Shown piece by piece: positions 1-10,167 of a stretch of DNA of 64,000 nt. The notes under the pieces were generated by a model. That model worked only from the letters and a program-made list of their open reading frames with translations, ran no database searches and was not told the DNA's origin. Source of the stretch: a virus. The position numbers and the translations under genes are program-made. Each line of letters opens with the position of its first letter. The first letter of the stretch is position 1. The DNA lies in IMG/VR virus record IMGVR_UViG_3300023174_000001, positions 71,070 to 135,069 of that record. One strand, 5' to 3'.

Positions 1-2
1 CA

Positions 3-344
3 GTTGAGCGTGCCCGTCATCGACTTACTCAAGCAACTCCATCCGCCGTTGATGTTCTCGAACAACTTATGGACAACGCTGAGTCCGAACCCGTCAAACT
101 CAAGGCGGCCACCGAAATTCTTGACCGTGCTGGCATTCGTGCTGGTATTGACATCAATACCGATGTCACTATTGATGTCCGCCCCGCAGCATCCATCATC
201 TCCGAACGGTTGGAGCGTTTAGCAAATAACGCCATAGAAGCACAACGGCGTTTACAATCAGCCCAGAGCGAACACGAGACTATAATAGAAGCAGAGGTCG
301 TAGAAGACGACAAGAAAACCGAGACCGATGTCAAACCTGAATAG
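3..344 (+). CDS. 5'-truncated gene, probable terminase small subunit-like protein
   Basis: Frame is open from the window edge (VERARHRLTQATPSAVDVLEQLMDNAESEPVKLKAATEILDRAG). The AVxxL..SE.V+L.AA..ILDRAG pattern is one I recognise from actinophage TerS-like proteins. Confidence 0.5.
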   Translation, partial: VERARHRLTQATPSAVDVLEQLMDNAESEPVKLKAATEILDRAGIRAGIDINTDVTIDVRPAASIISERLERLANNAIEAQRRLQSAQSEHETIIEAEVVEDDKKTETDVKPE

Positions 345-522
345 TATAGTAGAACAACTAACGGCGTTGACGGAGGGGCTTCACGAAGATGTTAAACTAG
401 CGTCGACCAGATTGGAACACATCAGGCTGACGGCGAGGGCCAACGAAGCGGTCAACATTCTTCACGACCTTATGCTATTCCAGGATGCGGAAGGCCAAGA
501 TGCCAACACCGACGGCGAGTGA
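328..522 (+). CDS. Hypothetical small helical protein
   Basis: ORF overlaps both neighbours, consistent with an operon. Confidence 0.6.
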   Translation: MSNLNSIVEQLTALTEGLHEDVKLASTRLEHIRLTARANEAVNILHDLMLFQDAEGQDANTDGE

Positions 523-1264
523 ATTACGCGAACGCTTCATATCTAAAGCATTAGAGTATGTCGGTTATGAGACACTCAACGGCTTGGAGAATGTCTTCGG
601 TCAACGGCTAGGTCTGAACGGCAAGCCATGGAACGGAATGTTTATTGATGTCGTCGCCGCAGAAGCGGGCGTGCGTTTACCTGTAGCACACACGGTGTCG
701 ACGGTAGCACTTGCCCATTACCTGGGTAGGGGTTTTTTCCATGTAAGACCACGGCGAGGAGATATCGTCTTCTTCCAAACATCAACGGCAAGCGAATTCG
801 GTATGCCTCACATTGGTATCGTTCTGGACACTAAACGGCACGCCACTGACGGTATTATACAAACCGTCGAAGCAATGACGGCAAGCGGATTGCCTAAAAA
901 AGCACAAACACCTAACGGTGTCTATGTACGCACCCGTCATCAAACGGAGGTCATTGGATACGCCAGACCAAAATATAAGACGGCTAGCCCTTTGACCCCA
1001 AATGAGAACGCACCAGAAGTAGTGCCCGCTCAGGTCCGAAGTGGGATAAAGCATAAGAGCGTTGTCCATGTGCAGATGGCGTTGTCTAAGGTGACCGGGA
1101 TTACAGGCTTGCCAAGAGGACACTTTGACGCAAAGACCAAACTTGCTTACGCAAAGTTCCAAAGAGACATTGGTTATGTGGGCATCTCTGCGTCTGGAGA
1201 CGCTGACTATAACTCCTTGAAATTACTGGGCGAACTAACGGGCTTCTTCAACGCAAAGCCATAG
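500..1264 (+). CDS. CHAP/amidase-like domain plus C-terminal peptidoglycan-binding domain; catalytic Cys replaced
   Basis: PWNGMFID, PRRGDIVFF, PHIGIV and TVEAMT motifs; C-terminal VVHVQMAL..GHFDAKTKLAYAKFQ..G.AD (PG_binding_1-like). Confidence 0.75.
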   Translation: MPTPTASELRERFISKALEYVGYETLNGLENVFGQRLGLNGKPWNGMFIDVVAAEAGVRLPVAHTVSTVALAHYLGRGFFHVRPRRGDIVFFQTSTASEFGMPHIGIVLDTKRHATDGIIQTVEAMTASGLPKKAQTPNGVYVRTRHQTEVIGYARPKYKTASPLTPNENAPEVVPAQVRSGIKHKSVVHVQMALSKVTGITGLPRGHFDAKTKLAYAKFQRDIGYVGISASGDADYNSLKLLGELTGFFNAKP

Positions 1265-1389
1265 CACAGACCACTGACATTCTGTTGGCGGGAACAAATC
1301 CTTATGCTTTTCCAGGCTCAGCGGCTGAAGGCGGGAAGCCGCGACGGCGGCTGGCATGGAAATAAATCTTAATCGTTATGCGATTCTGC

Positions 1390-1418
1390 TTGACAAATCC
1401 CAAAAATCGCTTTAGGAT
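1390..1418 (+). promoter_or_regulatory. SigA-type promoter; similar ones at ~2551, 7944, 9179, 15537, 15902, 16122, 21281, 23251
   Basis: TTGACA-N17-TAGGAT; the other copies are TTGAC(A/T)-N17/18-TAnnnT upstream of genes. Confidence 0.65.
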
Positions 1419-1677
1419 ATGTTCCATATCCTAAAGTAATTCCAGATATACTTGGCCCGGAACCCCAGTAAACAAGCGGGAGGCGGACCCCGGCCTAAAT
1501 AAAAACATAAGACGGCAAGCCCTTATGCTACACATTTCAAACGGCGAGCGGGTGACTGAACGAAACAAACGGCAAGCGAAAAGACGGCAAGCCTGGGTAC
1601 CCCCTTTTTCCATGCAGATGACGGCTTGCCTTCAACGGGGTATAGAATAAACACATAACGGCAAGCAACGGCAAGCC

Positions 1678-1950
1678 ATGAGCAATAGAAAGATAACGGA
1701 TATGACATTTGACGAGTGGGTAAAGGTAGGGTTCGATAACGGGTGGGTTGGTGCTCCTATATGCGAGACGCATGACGGCTTGCCTACAACAGAGGCTGAA
1801 GACAAAGAGTTTGAAGAGGGTGGAGACCCTTGCATTCATATCCTGCGTCTGTACGACACTGTTGAGCAGAAATTAGAAATTGAAGAGAACCATTCGCCAT
1901 CTGTGTGGCGTGCAACAAACTCTGGACTTGGCGTTTCTGATTTAGGCTAA
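1678..1950 (+). CDS. Hypothetical phage protein
   Basis: Natural-looking ORF with ICETHDG and DPCIH motifs. Confidence 0.75.
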   Translation: MSNRKITDMTFDEWVKVGFDNGWVGAPICETHDGLPTTEAEDKEFEEGGDPCIHILRLYDTVEQKLEIEENHSPSVWRATNSGLGVSDLG

Positions 1951-1980
1951 ATCTTAAAATCACAGGTTTTGTGATGTTTT

Positions 1981-2208
1981 ATGATAAAACCTATGAGACA
2001 CATAGAACTGCACACAATTGAATCCTCTAAGGATGTCGCTACTGCTAACGAGGTTGGCCTGGAAGTGGCCGGGGCGGAAACTTGCGAGGAATGTTTCCAG
2101 CAAGTTGGCGAAAGTCCACTAAGCAAGAAGTTTGTCCCCTTTGTCTTTGCCCTAGATGATGAGGCAGAGTGGGTCGTCTGCTTCGAGTGTGCGTCTCCCA
2201 TCCTCTAG
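1981..2208 (+). CDS. Small putative Zn-binding protein
   Basis: CEEC and CFEC pairs. Confidence 0.65.
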   Translation: MIKPMRHIELHTIESSKDVATANEVGLEVAGAETCEECFQQVGESPLSKKFVPFVFALDDEAEWVVCFECASPIL

Positions 2209-2623
2209 CCCCCATCTAGCAACCAGGTTACCCTTTTTTCCATGCAAGTGGATTCCATGCTGACGCATGGAAAAAGAGGGGACCTGGTTTTTTGCTTCCT
2301 CCCGGCTTCTCATCAGAACTCCTTATGCTTTTCCGGGGGATACCCTGAAGATTTCGCTCACAGCGAACAAGATAATCTTGACATCCGGGAATGAATCTGG
2401 AATGATTGAGTTATAGATAGTATGAACCAAATAGAAACACCAGAAAAAAAGATTTCCAAAACCGGGAATAAATCTGGGAGAAGTTTAGTTCTACTTATTA
2501 CAACTGAATAAAAAGTCAAGGACACGCCAAAAAAAGTTTTTGAAATGAACTTGACAAGTGTAAGACCCTGTGCTTATACTTTCTAATACCAAATACAAAT
2601 GCGTCAATTACTAAGGAGACCAA

Positions 2624-3148
2624 GTGAACGCAAAGACAGAAAAGGACTGTGCTGGCAAGGCACTTTACCTAGAGTTCCGTAAAGAGAACTACACCTACCA
2701 AATGATTGCCACTCCACCTGCGATAGATGTGAATGGCAACTTCATCCCTGCGTGTGCTATGGAGAGAAGACTCTCTTCTTATCACCCACGCAAAAACTGG
2801 AACTTTACCAGCGTTCCTGTGAACGACTCATTCAAGATTGAGCGTGATGCTAGTGGCGATTTCTCACAGATAGATTTAACATCTGCTGGCGAGATTGGTG
2901 CTCTTCACATTCAGCGTTTGTTCGCTCGCACCATTGACTCTCTATTCCACAGAGGTTGGACTTTGTTCAAGACACCTGTGGCAGTAGAAGTAACTTACAA
3001 GGACTTGGCAACAATCAAGTCTGGTAAGACTTCCAATGACCTTATTAGACGCATCGAGCGTTCTCGTAAGCACTTTGGATTCCCAGAAGAACTCTTCGAC
3101 CAACCAGTCGTTGAGCCAACCACTGTCACACTGACACCAGTAGTCTAA
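2624..3148 (+). CDS. Hypothetical protein, first gene of the AAA/vWA cluster
   Basis: GTG start with AAGGAG RBS; promoter upstream. Confidence 0.8.
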   Translation: MNAKTEKDCAGKALYLEFRKENYTYQMIATPPAIDVNGNFIPACAMERRLSSYHPRKNWNFTSVPVNDSFKIERDASGDFSQIDLTSAGEIGALHIQRLFARTIDSLFHRGWTLFKTPVAVEVTYKDLATIKSGKTSNDLIRRIERSRKHFGFPEELFDQPVVEPTTVTLTPVV

Positions 3149-3164
3149 GAATAGGAGACCAATT

Positions 3165-4202
3165 ATGACTACAATCAACCCAACACAAACACCAACCCAG
3201 CAAGCAGTTGCTTGGACACGAGACCAAGTTAGATTGCACCCTAATCTGCCAGAACTACTAAACGCAGTCGTGGGTCAAACTCTAAACTCGGTTTCTGCAT
3301 CTGACCTTAACCTTGTATTTGACGAGACAACTGGTAAAGCAGTTATTCGTAATCGTGATGCAAATCCAGTTAGGAAAATTATGAACGCAGTCGATGCTCT
3401 CGCTGGCGAAAGTTTTTACCTGCGACCAAATGGTCACAAGTATTACACTCGCTCGTGGGGTCAGCACACTGATGTTGAAGTTGTTCGCAACCAAAGAGCC
3501 AGTGAGCGTGGAAAATCAATCCTGCTCTATGGTGCTCCGGGAACTGGCAAGACTGCTATGTTCGAGGGTGCGTTTGGTGACGACCTAATCACAGTTCTTG
3601 GAACTGGCGACACCGAAGTTGGCGACCTAGTTGGTGGCTATGTTCAAACTGTTGCTGGTGGATTCGAGTGGATTGATGGGCCGCTGGTTCAAGCAGCAGA
3701 GCAAGGTAAAGTTTTGCTCATTGACGAGATTGGTCTAATCGACCCTAAGGTCTTGTCTGTTGTTTATGGACTTATGGATGGTCGTAAAGAACTCAAAGTA
3801 ACTGCCAACCCTGAACGAGCAATCGTTAAGGCACAGCCGGGATTCTTTGTGGTTGCTGCGACTAACCCAAATGCTCCGGGAGTAAATCTTTCAGAGGCAC
3901 TTCTATCTCGCTTTGGTATTCAAGCAGAAATGACAACTGACTGGTCGCTTGCTCGTAAGTTAGGCGTTCCAGCACAAGCAGTAACTTGTGCACAGAACCT
4001 GTTCAAAAAGCAACAGTCTGACGAGGTCAACTGGTCTCCACAGATGCGTGAACTTTTGGACTTCCGTGACATCGCAGAAGACTTGGGAACTGAATGGGCT
4101 GTAAGCAATCTAATTGCTCAAGCACCATTCGAGGACAGAGCGATTGTCGCAGATGTATTTACTCGTGTCTTTGGCACAGAGTTCAAGCCAGCCAAAATCT
4201 AG
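3165..4202 (+). CDS. MoxR/CbbQ-type AAA+ ATPase
   Basis: Walker A GAPGTGKT, Walker B LLIDE, sensor-1 ATNP, LSEALLSRF, and the FEWIDGPL insert. Confidence 0.92.
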   Translation: MTTINPTQTPTQQAVAWTRDQVRLHPNLPELLNAVVGQTLNSVSASDLNLVFDETTGKAVIRNRDANPVRKIMNAVDALAGESFYLRPNGHKYYTRSWGQHTDVEVVRNQRASERGKSILLYGAPGTGKTAMFEGAFGDDLITVLGTGDTEVGDLVGGYVQTVAGGFEWIDGPLVQAAEQGKVLLIDEIGLIDPKVLSVVYGLMDGRKELKVTANPERAIVKAQPGFFVVAATNPNAPGVNLSEALLSRFGIQAEMTTDWSLARKLGVPAQAVTCAQNLFKKQQSDEVNWSPQMRELLDFRDIAEDLGTEWAVSNLIAQAPFEDRAIVADVFTRVFGTEFKPAKI

Positions 4203-4356
4203 GTCTCCCAAACAGAGATTTTGGCTAAAGGGGGGGAGTGGGTCGACAAAATCCCCACTCCCTCTACCCCAAAAAAAGTTTTGAAAAATAGGGAATAATA
4301 CTTGACTAATGTCAGTTATAACTTATACAATGTAGTTATTACACGAAAGGACTCAA

Positions 4357-6225
4357 ATGAGCCACTACAAATTAGATACTAAGCCAGTAGGTCGCACGCA
4401 CTATGACTGGCTAGGCGTTGGTGCTAGCGTTGGAAAACTGGTCAACCAGTGGTCGCTACGCAACGACCTAGTTGTTGGTCTGGTCGAAGAGACCACCATT
4501 GGTGCACCTGCTTGTTTCAACCCTGCTAGTGCCGAGATTGAAGTTTGCATCAGCAAAGCATTTGGCAATGGAACTACTGCCAAAGAAGTTGGCGAACTAA
4601 CTCAACGCAAGAACCAACTAAAGCACGCTGTTGCGACTGGTGCGATTTATCACGAGGCACTTCACGCTCGTGTTTCACGCTGGTCATTAGAGCAAGCATC
4701 CAAAGACCTAACTGCGAGAGAGTGGCGTTTCCTAAACTCTATGGAAGAGTCTCGTATCGAGTTCTGGGGTTGCAAGTATGTTCCACAGAACAGAACCCTA
4801 CTTCGTGCTTGTGCGATTGAGATTGTCATTGGCGACTTGGAATCACACATTGAAAATGTTTCTAAGGTTGATGCCGCTGCGAACCTTGCGTTGCTAACTT
4901 TGGCTCGTGTTGATGCTGGCGTTCTAGACGAGAGAGACATTGTTGACTCTGTTCAGAAAATCCTTACCGAAGTTTTGAGCGAAGAAGTTATTTCTAAGTT
5001 GCGTGCTATCTGGAAAGATTTCCAGAACCACCAAGACCACGCTAACGCTCTTCCACTTTACGACCTAACTCGTGAGTTCCTAAAAGTTCTAGACGAGCGT
5101 AAAGAAGAGACTGGCGAAGAAGAGGGTCAAGAACCAGAGGGCGAATGTGGCAAGCCGGGTGGAGAGCCGGGCACTGGAACTGGTAAGGGCGAACCTACAC
5201 CAGAACAGATTAAAGAGTTCAAGGACTTTATCGAAAAGGTCAAGGATGCTATCCAAGACATCAAAGAGCAGGTTCAGATTGCTAACCAGACTGAACTAGA
5301 CGATGAACTCGATGCAGAAGAACGCAAAGAAGAAGTCGAGGCTCGTGAGCAAAAAGCAAACCAGCAGAAAGAAAACAAGAAAGAATCTAAAAAGGTTTTT
5401 GACAACACCTCAACTGATTCTCACATCACCACTGCTGGAACTAAATCACGCTTAGTTGAATCTCGTAATCCAACTGGCGATGAAGTTGCTAGTGCTAATC
5501 GAATTGCTAACGCTCTGCGTAAAGCAAAGTATCGTGAGCGTTCACAGACTCGCATTGGTAGTGTTGTTCCACCGGGTCGCTTGCGTTCTCGTGCTGTCGT
5601 TCAAGGTCAAGCACAAAAGGCTCGTGGTATCTTCACACCAGTCGAGGCTTGGAGAACTACTAAGCGTAAGACCACAGAAGACCCTACGCTGAATGTTGGC
5701 ATTATGGTTGACATCTCTGGCTCTATGCGACCAGCAATGACACCAATGGCTATTACTGCTTGGGTTATGTCAGAGGCTGTTCACAGAGTTCAGGGCAAGT
5801 CAGCAATGGTCTACTATGGTCAGGATGTATTCGCACCACTTAAGCCGGGACAGCGTTTGACTAAGGTCAACACTTTCACAGCACCAGACTCTACCGAAGA
5901 GTTTGATAGAGCGTTCAAGGCTCTAGACGGTGGCTTGGGTATCACTCACGCTGACGGTGCTAAGTTGCTTGTGATTGTTTCTGACGGTCATTACCGACCT
6001 GACCAGAAAGCAAAAGCACGCAAGATGCTGAAAGAGGCTGACCGTAATGGCGTGGCTATTCTGTGGTTGACCTTTGACGGTAAAGTTGCTGAACCGACTG
6101 AACTGTTGAGCGGAACTGCTGGCAAGGTTGTATCACTGGCGAGCAACGAATCACCGACCAGAGCATCACAGGTTATCGGTGAGACCGCAGCCAAAGTTCT
6201 GTCGGCTATCGGTTCAAGGGTCTAA
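4357..6225 (+). CDS. CobT-like vWA protein with N-terminal HExxH metallopeptidase-like domain
   Basis: AIYHEALH...NSMEESRIE; acidic Gly-rich linker; MIDAS DISGS and LLVIVSDG. Confidence 0.88.
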   Translation: MSHYKLDTKPVGRTHYDWLGVGASVGKLVNQWSLRNDLVVGLVEETTIGAPACFNPASAEIEVCISKAFGNGTTAKEVGELTQRKNQLKHAVATGAIYHEALHARVSRWSLEQASKDLTAREWRFLNSMEESRIEFWGCKYVPQNRTLLRACAIEIVIGDLESHIENVSKVDAAANLALLTLARVDAGVLDERDIVDSVQKILTEVLSEEVISKLRAIWKDFQNHQDHANALPLYDLTREFLKVLDERKEETGEEEGQEPEGECGKPGGEPGTGTGKGEPTPEQIKEFKDFIEKVKDAIQDIKEQVQIANQTELDDELDAEERKEEVEAREQKANQQKENKKESKKVFDNTSTDSHITTAGTKSRLVESRNPTGDEVASANRIANALRKAKYRERSQTRIGSVVPPGRLRSRAVVQGQAQKARGIFTPVEAWRTTKRKTTEDPTLNVGIMVDISGSMRPAMTPMAITAWVMSEAVHRVQGKSAMVYYGQDVFAPLKPGQRLTKVNTFTAPDSTEEFDRAFKALDGGLGITHADGAKLLVIVSDGHYRPDQKAKARKMLKEADRNGVAILWLTFDGKVAEPTELLSGTAGKVVSLASNESPTRASQVIGETAAKVLSAIGSRV

Positions 6226-6354
6226 CGGCTCGTGTAGGGGTCGGCTTGCTAAACGGCAAGCCTATCCCTATAATAAATAACGGCAAGCCTAACGGCTCGC
6301 CTAAACGACAAAGAGACGGCAAGCGTAATGGCGTGCCAGATAAGGAGACTCACG

Positions 6355-6768
6355 GTGGGTCAGTATCACATTTTAGTAAACATAGATAAGCAGGAGTGGG
6401 TAGACCCTCACGGCTTAGGTCTAGGCTCAAAGCAATGGGAGAGTCAGGTTGGTTGCGAGGGTTCGCTATCAGACGCTATGTATGTCCTCACAATGACAAG
6501 CCCGGATAGTGGTGGTGGAGATTTACCACGCACAGACATTTCAGGTCGCTGGTGTGGAGATAGGGTTTTGATTGTAGGAGACTACACAGGGGCAGATGCA
6601 GTTCCAGGATTTACTGGGGCTGACGCTATCTACCAACTGGCTACGCAAAGTCCTGATTACAAGAACATAACTGGCGAAGTTCGTGAGGCGTTCTCCAAAA
6701 TCTTCGAGATTGCTTATGTCCAAGAGAACATTGGCAGTCATACATTCTGGAAGAGAACTCTGGTCTAG
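6355..6768 (+). CDS. Conserved hypothetical phage protein (MGQY..N.DK.E / GRW.GDR...GDY type)
   Basis: GTG start after TAAGGAG; recognisable motif set. Confidence 0.75.
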   Translation: MGQYHILVNIDKQEWVDPHGLGLGSKQWESQVGCEGSLSDAMYVLTMTSPDSGGGDLPRTDISGRWCGDRVLIVGDYTGADAVPGFTGADAIYQLATQSPDYKNITGEVREAFSKIFEIAYVQENIGSHTFWKRTLV

Positions 6769-6783
6769 CCTCTAAATAAAATA

Positions 6784-6811
6784 ATCCCCTGCGAGTCAGG
6801 GGATTTTTTAT
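6784..6811 (+). terminator. Rho-independent terminator; similar ones at ~10561, 11706, 12961, 14423, 15192, 16380, 17998, 20738, 23021, 25423
   Basis: ATCCCCTG-loop-CAGGGGAT followed by a T run; GC hairpin plus U tract after most cassettes. Confidence 0.8.
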
Positions 6812-7002
6812 GCTCGAAAAATAGGGTGTCCACTTTTTCCATGCAAGATGGTTTCCATGCTTCGCATGGAAAAACACAAGACCCTAGTGCTTCTTATGCT
6901 TTTTCTTCTCCCTCTGGGCTCATCTTCCTGTTCGCTAGGGGCGAACAAGAAACATTGACAATCAGGAATGAAATGCCATACGCTTAGGTTATAGTTAGAG
7001 TA

Positions 7003-7308
7003 ATGACAAAACGATTGGAGACCAAAATGGAATACTCAACCCTTTTCCCAACAGTAGTTCTAGTTGCTCGCTCTCAGGGCGAGCGTGGGCAGTATGGTGG
7101 CAGAAAGGCATACAAGATTTATGTAAGCAAGTTTTCAGATAATCGCTGGTGCGTGTTTATGTCTTGGGGCAAAGAAGAAATGCCTAACTCTTGGATGGGC
7201 AGTGAAAAGATTTTTGCCACAGAGCAGAGAGCAGTTCAGTTTGCTTGGGACAAGTTCTACGAGAAGATTGACAAAGGCTACACAGAACGAGTTTTTGAAA
7301 CTAATTAA
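7003..7308 (+). CDS. WGR-domain-like protein
   Basis: YKIYV..WCVFMSWGK....EKIFAT...A......EKIDKGY. Confidence 0.7.
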   Translation: MTKRLETKMEYSTLFPTVVLVARSQGERGQYGGRKAYKIYVSKFSDNRWCVFMSWGKEEMPNSWMGSEKIFATEQRAVQFAWDKFYEKIDKGYTERVFETN

Positions 7309-7388
7309 AAATAAACTTGACATTTGGGAATAAATCCTGAATAATCTAGTTATAGTTATTATAGAAGTTCTTTTGAAAGGAGAACAGA

Positions 7389-7622
7389 ATGGCTGAACGA
7401 TTCACCACTCAGGTAATAAAGGTAAGCACAGACGCAGACTACGCTATGTGGATTGCCGAAGATGGCTCTTATGGAATGTCCGACATACTCGTATTTAGAG
7501 AAGAAGACTTGGAAGACGAGCACTGGGAGATTTTCAATGAACTCGGAGACAACGAGAGATTTGAGTTCGTCAAAGCAGTAATAAACAAAGAAGACCTATC
7601 ACAATGGAAAGAGCAGGTATAA
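7389..7622 (+). CDS. Hypothetical acidic protein
   Basis: GAAAGGAG RBS; promoter upstream. Confidence 0.75.
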   Translation: MAERFTTQVIKVSTDADYAMWIAEDGSYGMSDILVFREEDLEDEHWEIFNELGDNERFEFVKAVINKEDLSQWKEQV

Positions 7623-7624
7623 AA

Positions 7625-7924
7625 ATGAACGAAGAGTTCAAGTGCCCTACTTGTAGTGGCTACATCCCTAACAACGATAACATTGGTGCTTACGCTGGTG
7701 CTATCTCTCGCAAAGACAACAAGACTGAAATCTGTTCCGCTTGTGGAATGGATGAGGCTCTTGCTGACTTCAAGCAACATCTCAGAAAAGAATCTGGTAT
7801 CGCTTGGCAGTCAACTGTTTTGGAAGAAATGGTTGAGCACCTAGACGACAACGAGATTTCATTACTCGTCAACGCTCTAAATGACGCAGTTGCCGAAATC
7901 TGTGAGTCATACGACATCAAGTAA
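7625..7924 (+). CDS. Zn-ribbon protein
   Basis: CPTC...GAISRKDNKTEICSACG..EA motif. Confidence 0.75.
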   Translation: MNEEFKCPTCSGYIPNNDNIGAYAGAISRKDNKTEICSACGMDEALADFKQHLRKESGIAWQSTVLEEMVEHLDDNEISLLVNALNDAVAEICESYDIK

Positions 7925-8016
7925 AAACTTAGGCGTGTTGGGCTTGACAAATGTCAGCCCAGCACCCTATACTAAATAAGTAATAATAAAAGTTCTCTTG
8001 AAAGGAGACCTGCCAA

Positions 8017-8424
8017 ATGGCAAACTACTACGAATCAGCACGCACCAACTACTTCTTGGTTAAGGACATTGACGCGTTCAAGAAAGAACTTGAAATGGTC
8101 AAGTCTCTTGAAGTGTGTGTCGAACACAAGAACCTGAAAGATTATGTCTGCTTGCTCGGTGACAGCGAGGGTGGATTTGCTTTCGACTACTATGACGACA
8201 GCCTAGAAGATTACATTGAAATCGACTGGGAGGGTATTTTCAAAAAGCACCTACAAGATGATTCAGTAGCAATCATTATGGGTGCTGGTTCAGAGAAACT
8301 CCGTTACATTCGTGGCTACGCCTATGCGTTCAACAACAAGGGTGAGACCAAGTTCCTCAGCCTAGACGACATCTACGAAATGGCTAAGCCTCTTGGCTCA
8401 GACATTCAGAAAGCAGAATACTAA
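8017..8424 (+). CDS. Conserved hypothetical phage protein
   Basis: MANY...RTNYF.VKD...GSEKLRY motifs; strong RBS. Confidence 0.8.
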   Translation: MANYYESARTNYFLVKDIDAFKKELEMVKSLEVCVEHKNLKDYVCLLGDSEGGFAFDYYDDSLEDYIEIDWEGIFKKHLQDDSVAIIMGAGSEKLRYIRGYAYAFNNKGETKFLSLDDIYEMAKPLGSDIQKAEY

Positions 8425-8425
8425 A

Positions 8426-8755
8426 ATGGAAACTAAAATCACTAAGCACACTTTCTATCCAGATGGAGAGAATGGCAACATCCCTGATGTTGAGTTAGTC
8501 AGCGTTCTAGGAGACGACAGAGACATGAGTGCTCACTTCCTATGGCGTGGCACTAAGCAATGGCTCGCTATGAGCAAGGACAACCCTTATGGCGATAACC
8601 AATGGCTAGTAGTCGAGACTGACTACTCCGAAGAGTTCCAAGAGTGGCTTGACGAAGAGTTGAGTGGCTATGACAGTTTGGAAACTATGTTTGGCACGAT
8701 AGATTTTCTGCCTAACGAGTCCTACCTATTTATTGTAGAAAGAGCAGGTGTCTAA
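8426..8755 (+). CDS. Hypothetical protein
   Basis: Tightly coupled to its neighbours. Confidence 0.7.
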   Translation: METKITKHTFYPDGENGNIPDVELVSVLGDDRDMSAHFLWRGTKQWLAMSKDNPYGDNQWLVVETDYSEEFQEWLDEELSGYDSLETMFGTIDFLPNESYLFIVERAGV

Positions 8756-8979
8756 TGACACAGGTAAGCAAAGCAATCGAGTATCTATCTAAGTTAGACC
8801 CTAACGAAGAAATAGCGTTTACTGGTTATTGGGTGAAGAGTGATGTTGAGGAAAACAACAACATCAAACTTACTGACGAACAGTGGGAGACGATTTGTTG
8901 GAAACACGAAGACAACATTGAAGTCCACATTGACGAAATAGTCGAGTTGGTTTTATCACAGGAGGAAACAAATGAGTAA
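8755..8979 (+). CDS. Hypothetical acidic protein
   Basis: TAATG coupling. Confidence 0.75.
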   Translation: MTQVSKAIEYLSKLDPNEEIAFTGYWVKSDVEENNNIKLTDEQWETICWKHEDNIEVHIDEIVELVLSQEETNE

Positions 8980-9175
8980 GCAAGTTTATTTCGTAGTTTA
9001 TTACGACACCGAAGATAAGCAACTTTACCAAGACACTGGGACTTTATTGGCTCGTTTTGGTGAGGGCTCTATCTGGGACAGCGAAGAAGAAGAGTGGAAT
9101 CATGAAACAGAAATCTCTGTCTTAGCAGAGGCTCAGAACGCAATGGACACTGTAATCAGTAATACAGCAGTCTAA
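8972..9175 (+). CDS. Hypothetical acidic protein
   Basis: AGGAGG RBS; overlap coupling. Confidence 0.75.
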   Translation: MSKQVYFVVYYDTEDKQLYQDTGTLLARFGEGSIWDSEEEEWNHETEISVLAEAQNAMDTVISNTAV

Positions 9176-9277
9176 GCATTGACAGCGAGAGCCACTTACC
9201 CTATACTTGTAGGGTAGGTGGCAATCGCCATTTCAAAAAAGAAGTAAAATGATTTAGAAAAGAAAGTTGGTAACTTT

Positions 9278-9544
9278 ATGAAAAAGTTCACAGTAATCGC
9301 AGAAATAAACTTCGAGGTTTATGACACTGACGAGTTTTCGGCTGAGCGTCAAGGGCGTATTGCCCTAGCACGATTCGTTGGAGACCCTGATGCAAATGGC
9401 TACAAAGACGAATACGCAGACTTGCCTACTCCGTCTATCCATCCAATCAGAGTTAGAGTCGCAGACGAGAATGGAAAGTTCTTGGCTGGCTGGAATCCAG
9501 CAGACTTAGACGAGGCTGAACCGAAAGAAAAAGACGCAGAGTAA
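9278..9544 (+). CDS. Hypothetical protein
   Basis: Downstream of the TTGACA-N17-TATACT promoter at 9179. Confidence 0.7.
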   Translation: MKKFTVIAEINFEVYDTDEFSAERQGRIALARFVGDPDANGYKDEYADLPTPSIHPIRVRVADENGKFLAGWNPADLDEAEPKEKDAE

Positions 9545-9573
9545 TCTGCCCCGAATAGAAAGACAAAAAGACA

Positions 9574-9858
9574 ATGAACCTAGCACAAGCACTCGGTCAC
9601 ACGATTAGAAAAAATCGTCTTGCCAATGGTATGACACTCAGAGACCTGAGCGTAAAGTCAAACACTTCACTTGGCTATCTATCTGAGATTGAAAGAGGAA
9701 CGAAAGAAGTTTCTTCCACAGTCTTGGAGAGTATTGCTAAGGGATTGGGAACACCTCTCTACACGATTGTCTCAGGCTCGGCTTTGGAGATGATGTATTC
9801 ATCTACCGAAATCATTGACGAACCCAGCAGACACATGGAAAACCTAGTAACCCTATAA
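9574..9858 (+). CDS. clgR: XRE-family HTH regulator, ClgR-like
   Basis: TLRDLS....SLGYLSEIERGTKEVSS..L..I...L..PL matches the ClgR recognition-helix region (SLGYLSE[IV]ERG.KE.SS). Confidence 0.75.
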   Translation: MNLAQALGHTIRKNRLANGMTLRDLSVKSNTSLGYLSEIERGTKEVSSTVLESIAKGLGTPLYTIVSGSALEMMYSSTEIIDEPSRHMENLVTL

Positions 9859-9878
9859 AAAGCATAAGAAAGACAAAG

Positions 9879-10016
9879 ATGAATACTTTAATGATGTTGT
9901 CAAACGAATCGACTGTTGATGTGAACCTACTCGCTGAGAGTCAGGAACTATTCGACCTAATCAAAAAGAACACCCCTTACAACGAACTTTTGGAGTGGGT
10001 GAACGAGAACTTCTAG
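9879..10016 (+). CDS. Small hypothetical protein (45 aa, below the ORF-track cutoff)
   Basis: MNTLMMLSNESTVDVNLLAESQELFDLIKKNTPYNELLEWVNENF. Confidence 0.6.
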   Translation: MNTLMMLSNESTVDVNLLAESQELFDLIKKNTPYNELLEWVNENF

Positions 10017-10167
10017 TTCTCTGTGGGCGAACAAAAAAGTTTGGCATTTCGGAATAAAATGTCGTTGTATCGTGTTATAGTTTATGTAGCAAGAAAAACG
10101 AAAGTTCCGATTGCTACCTCAGACCAAAAGGCTCTGGGAAATACATAAAGACGAAGGATGTGGCAAA

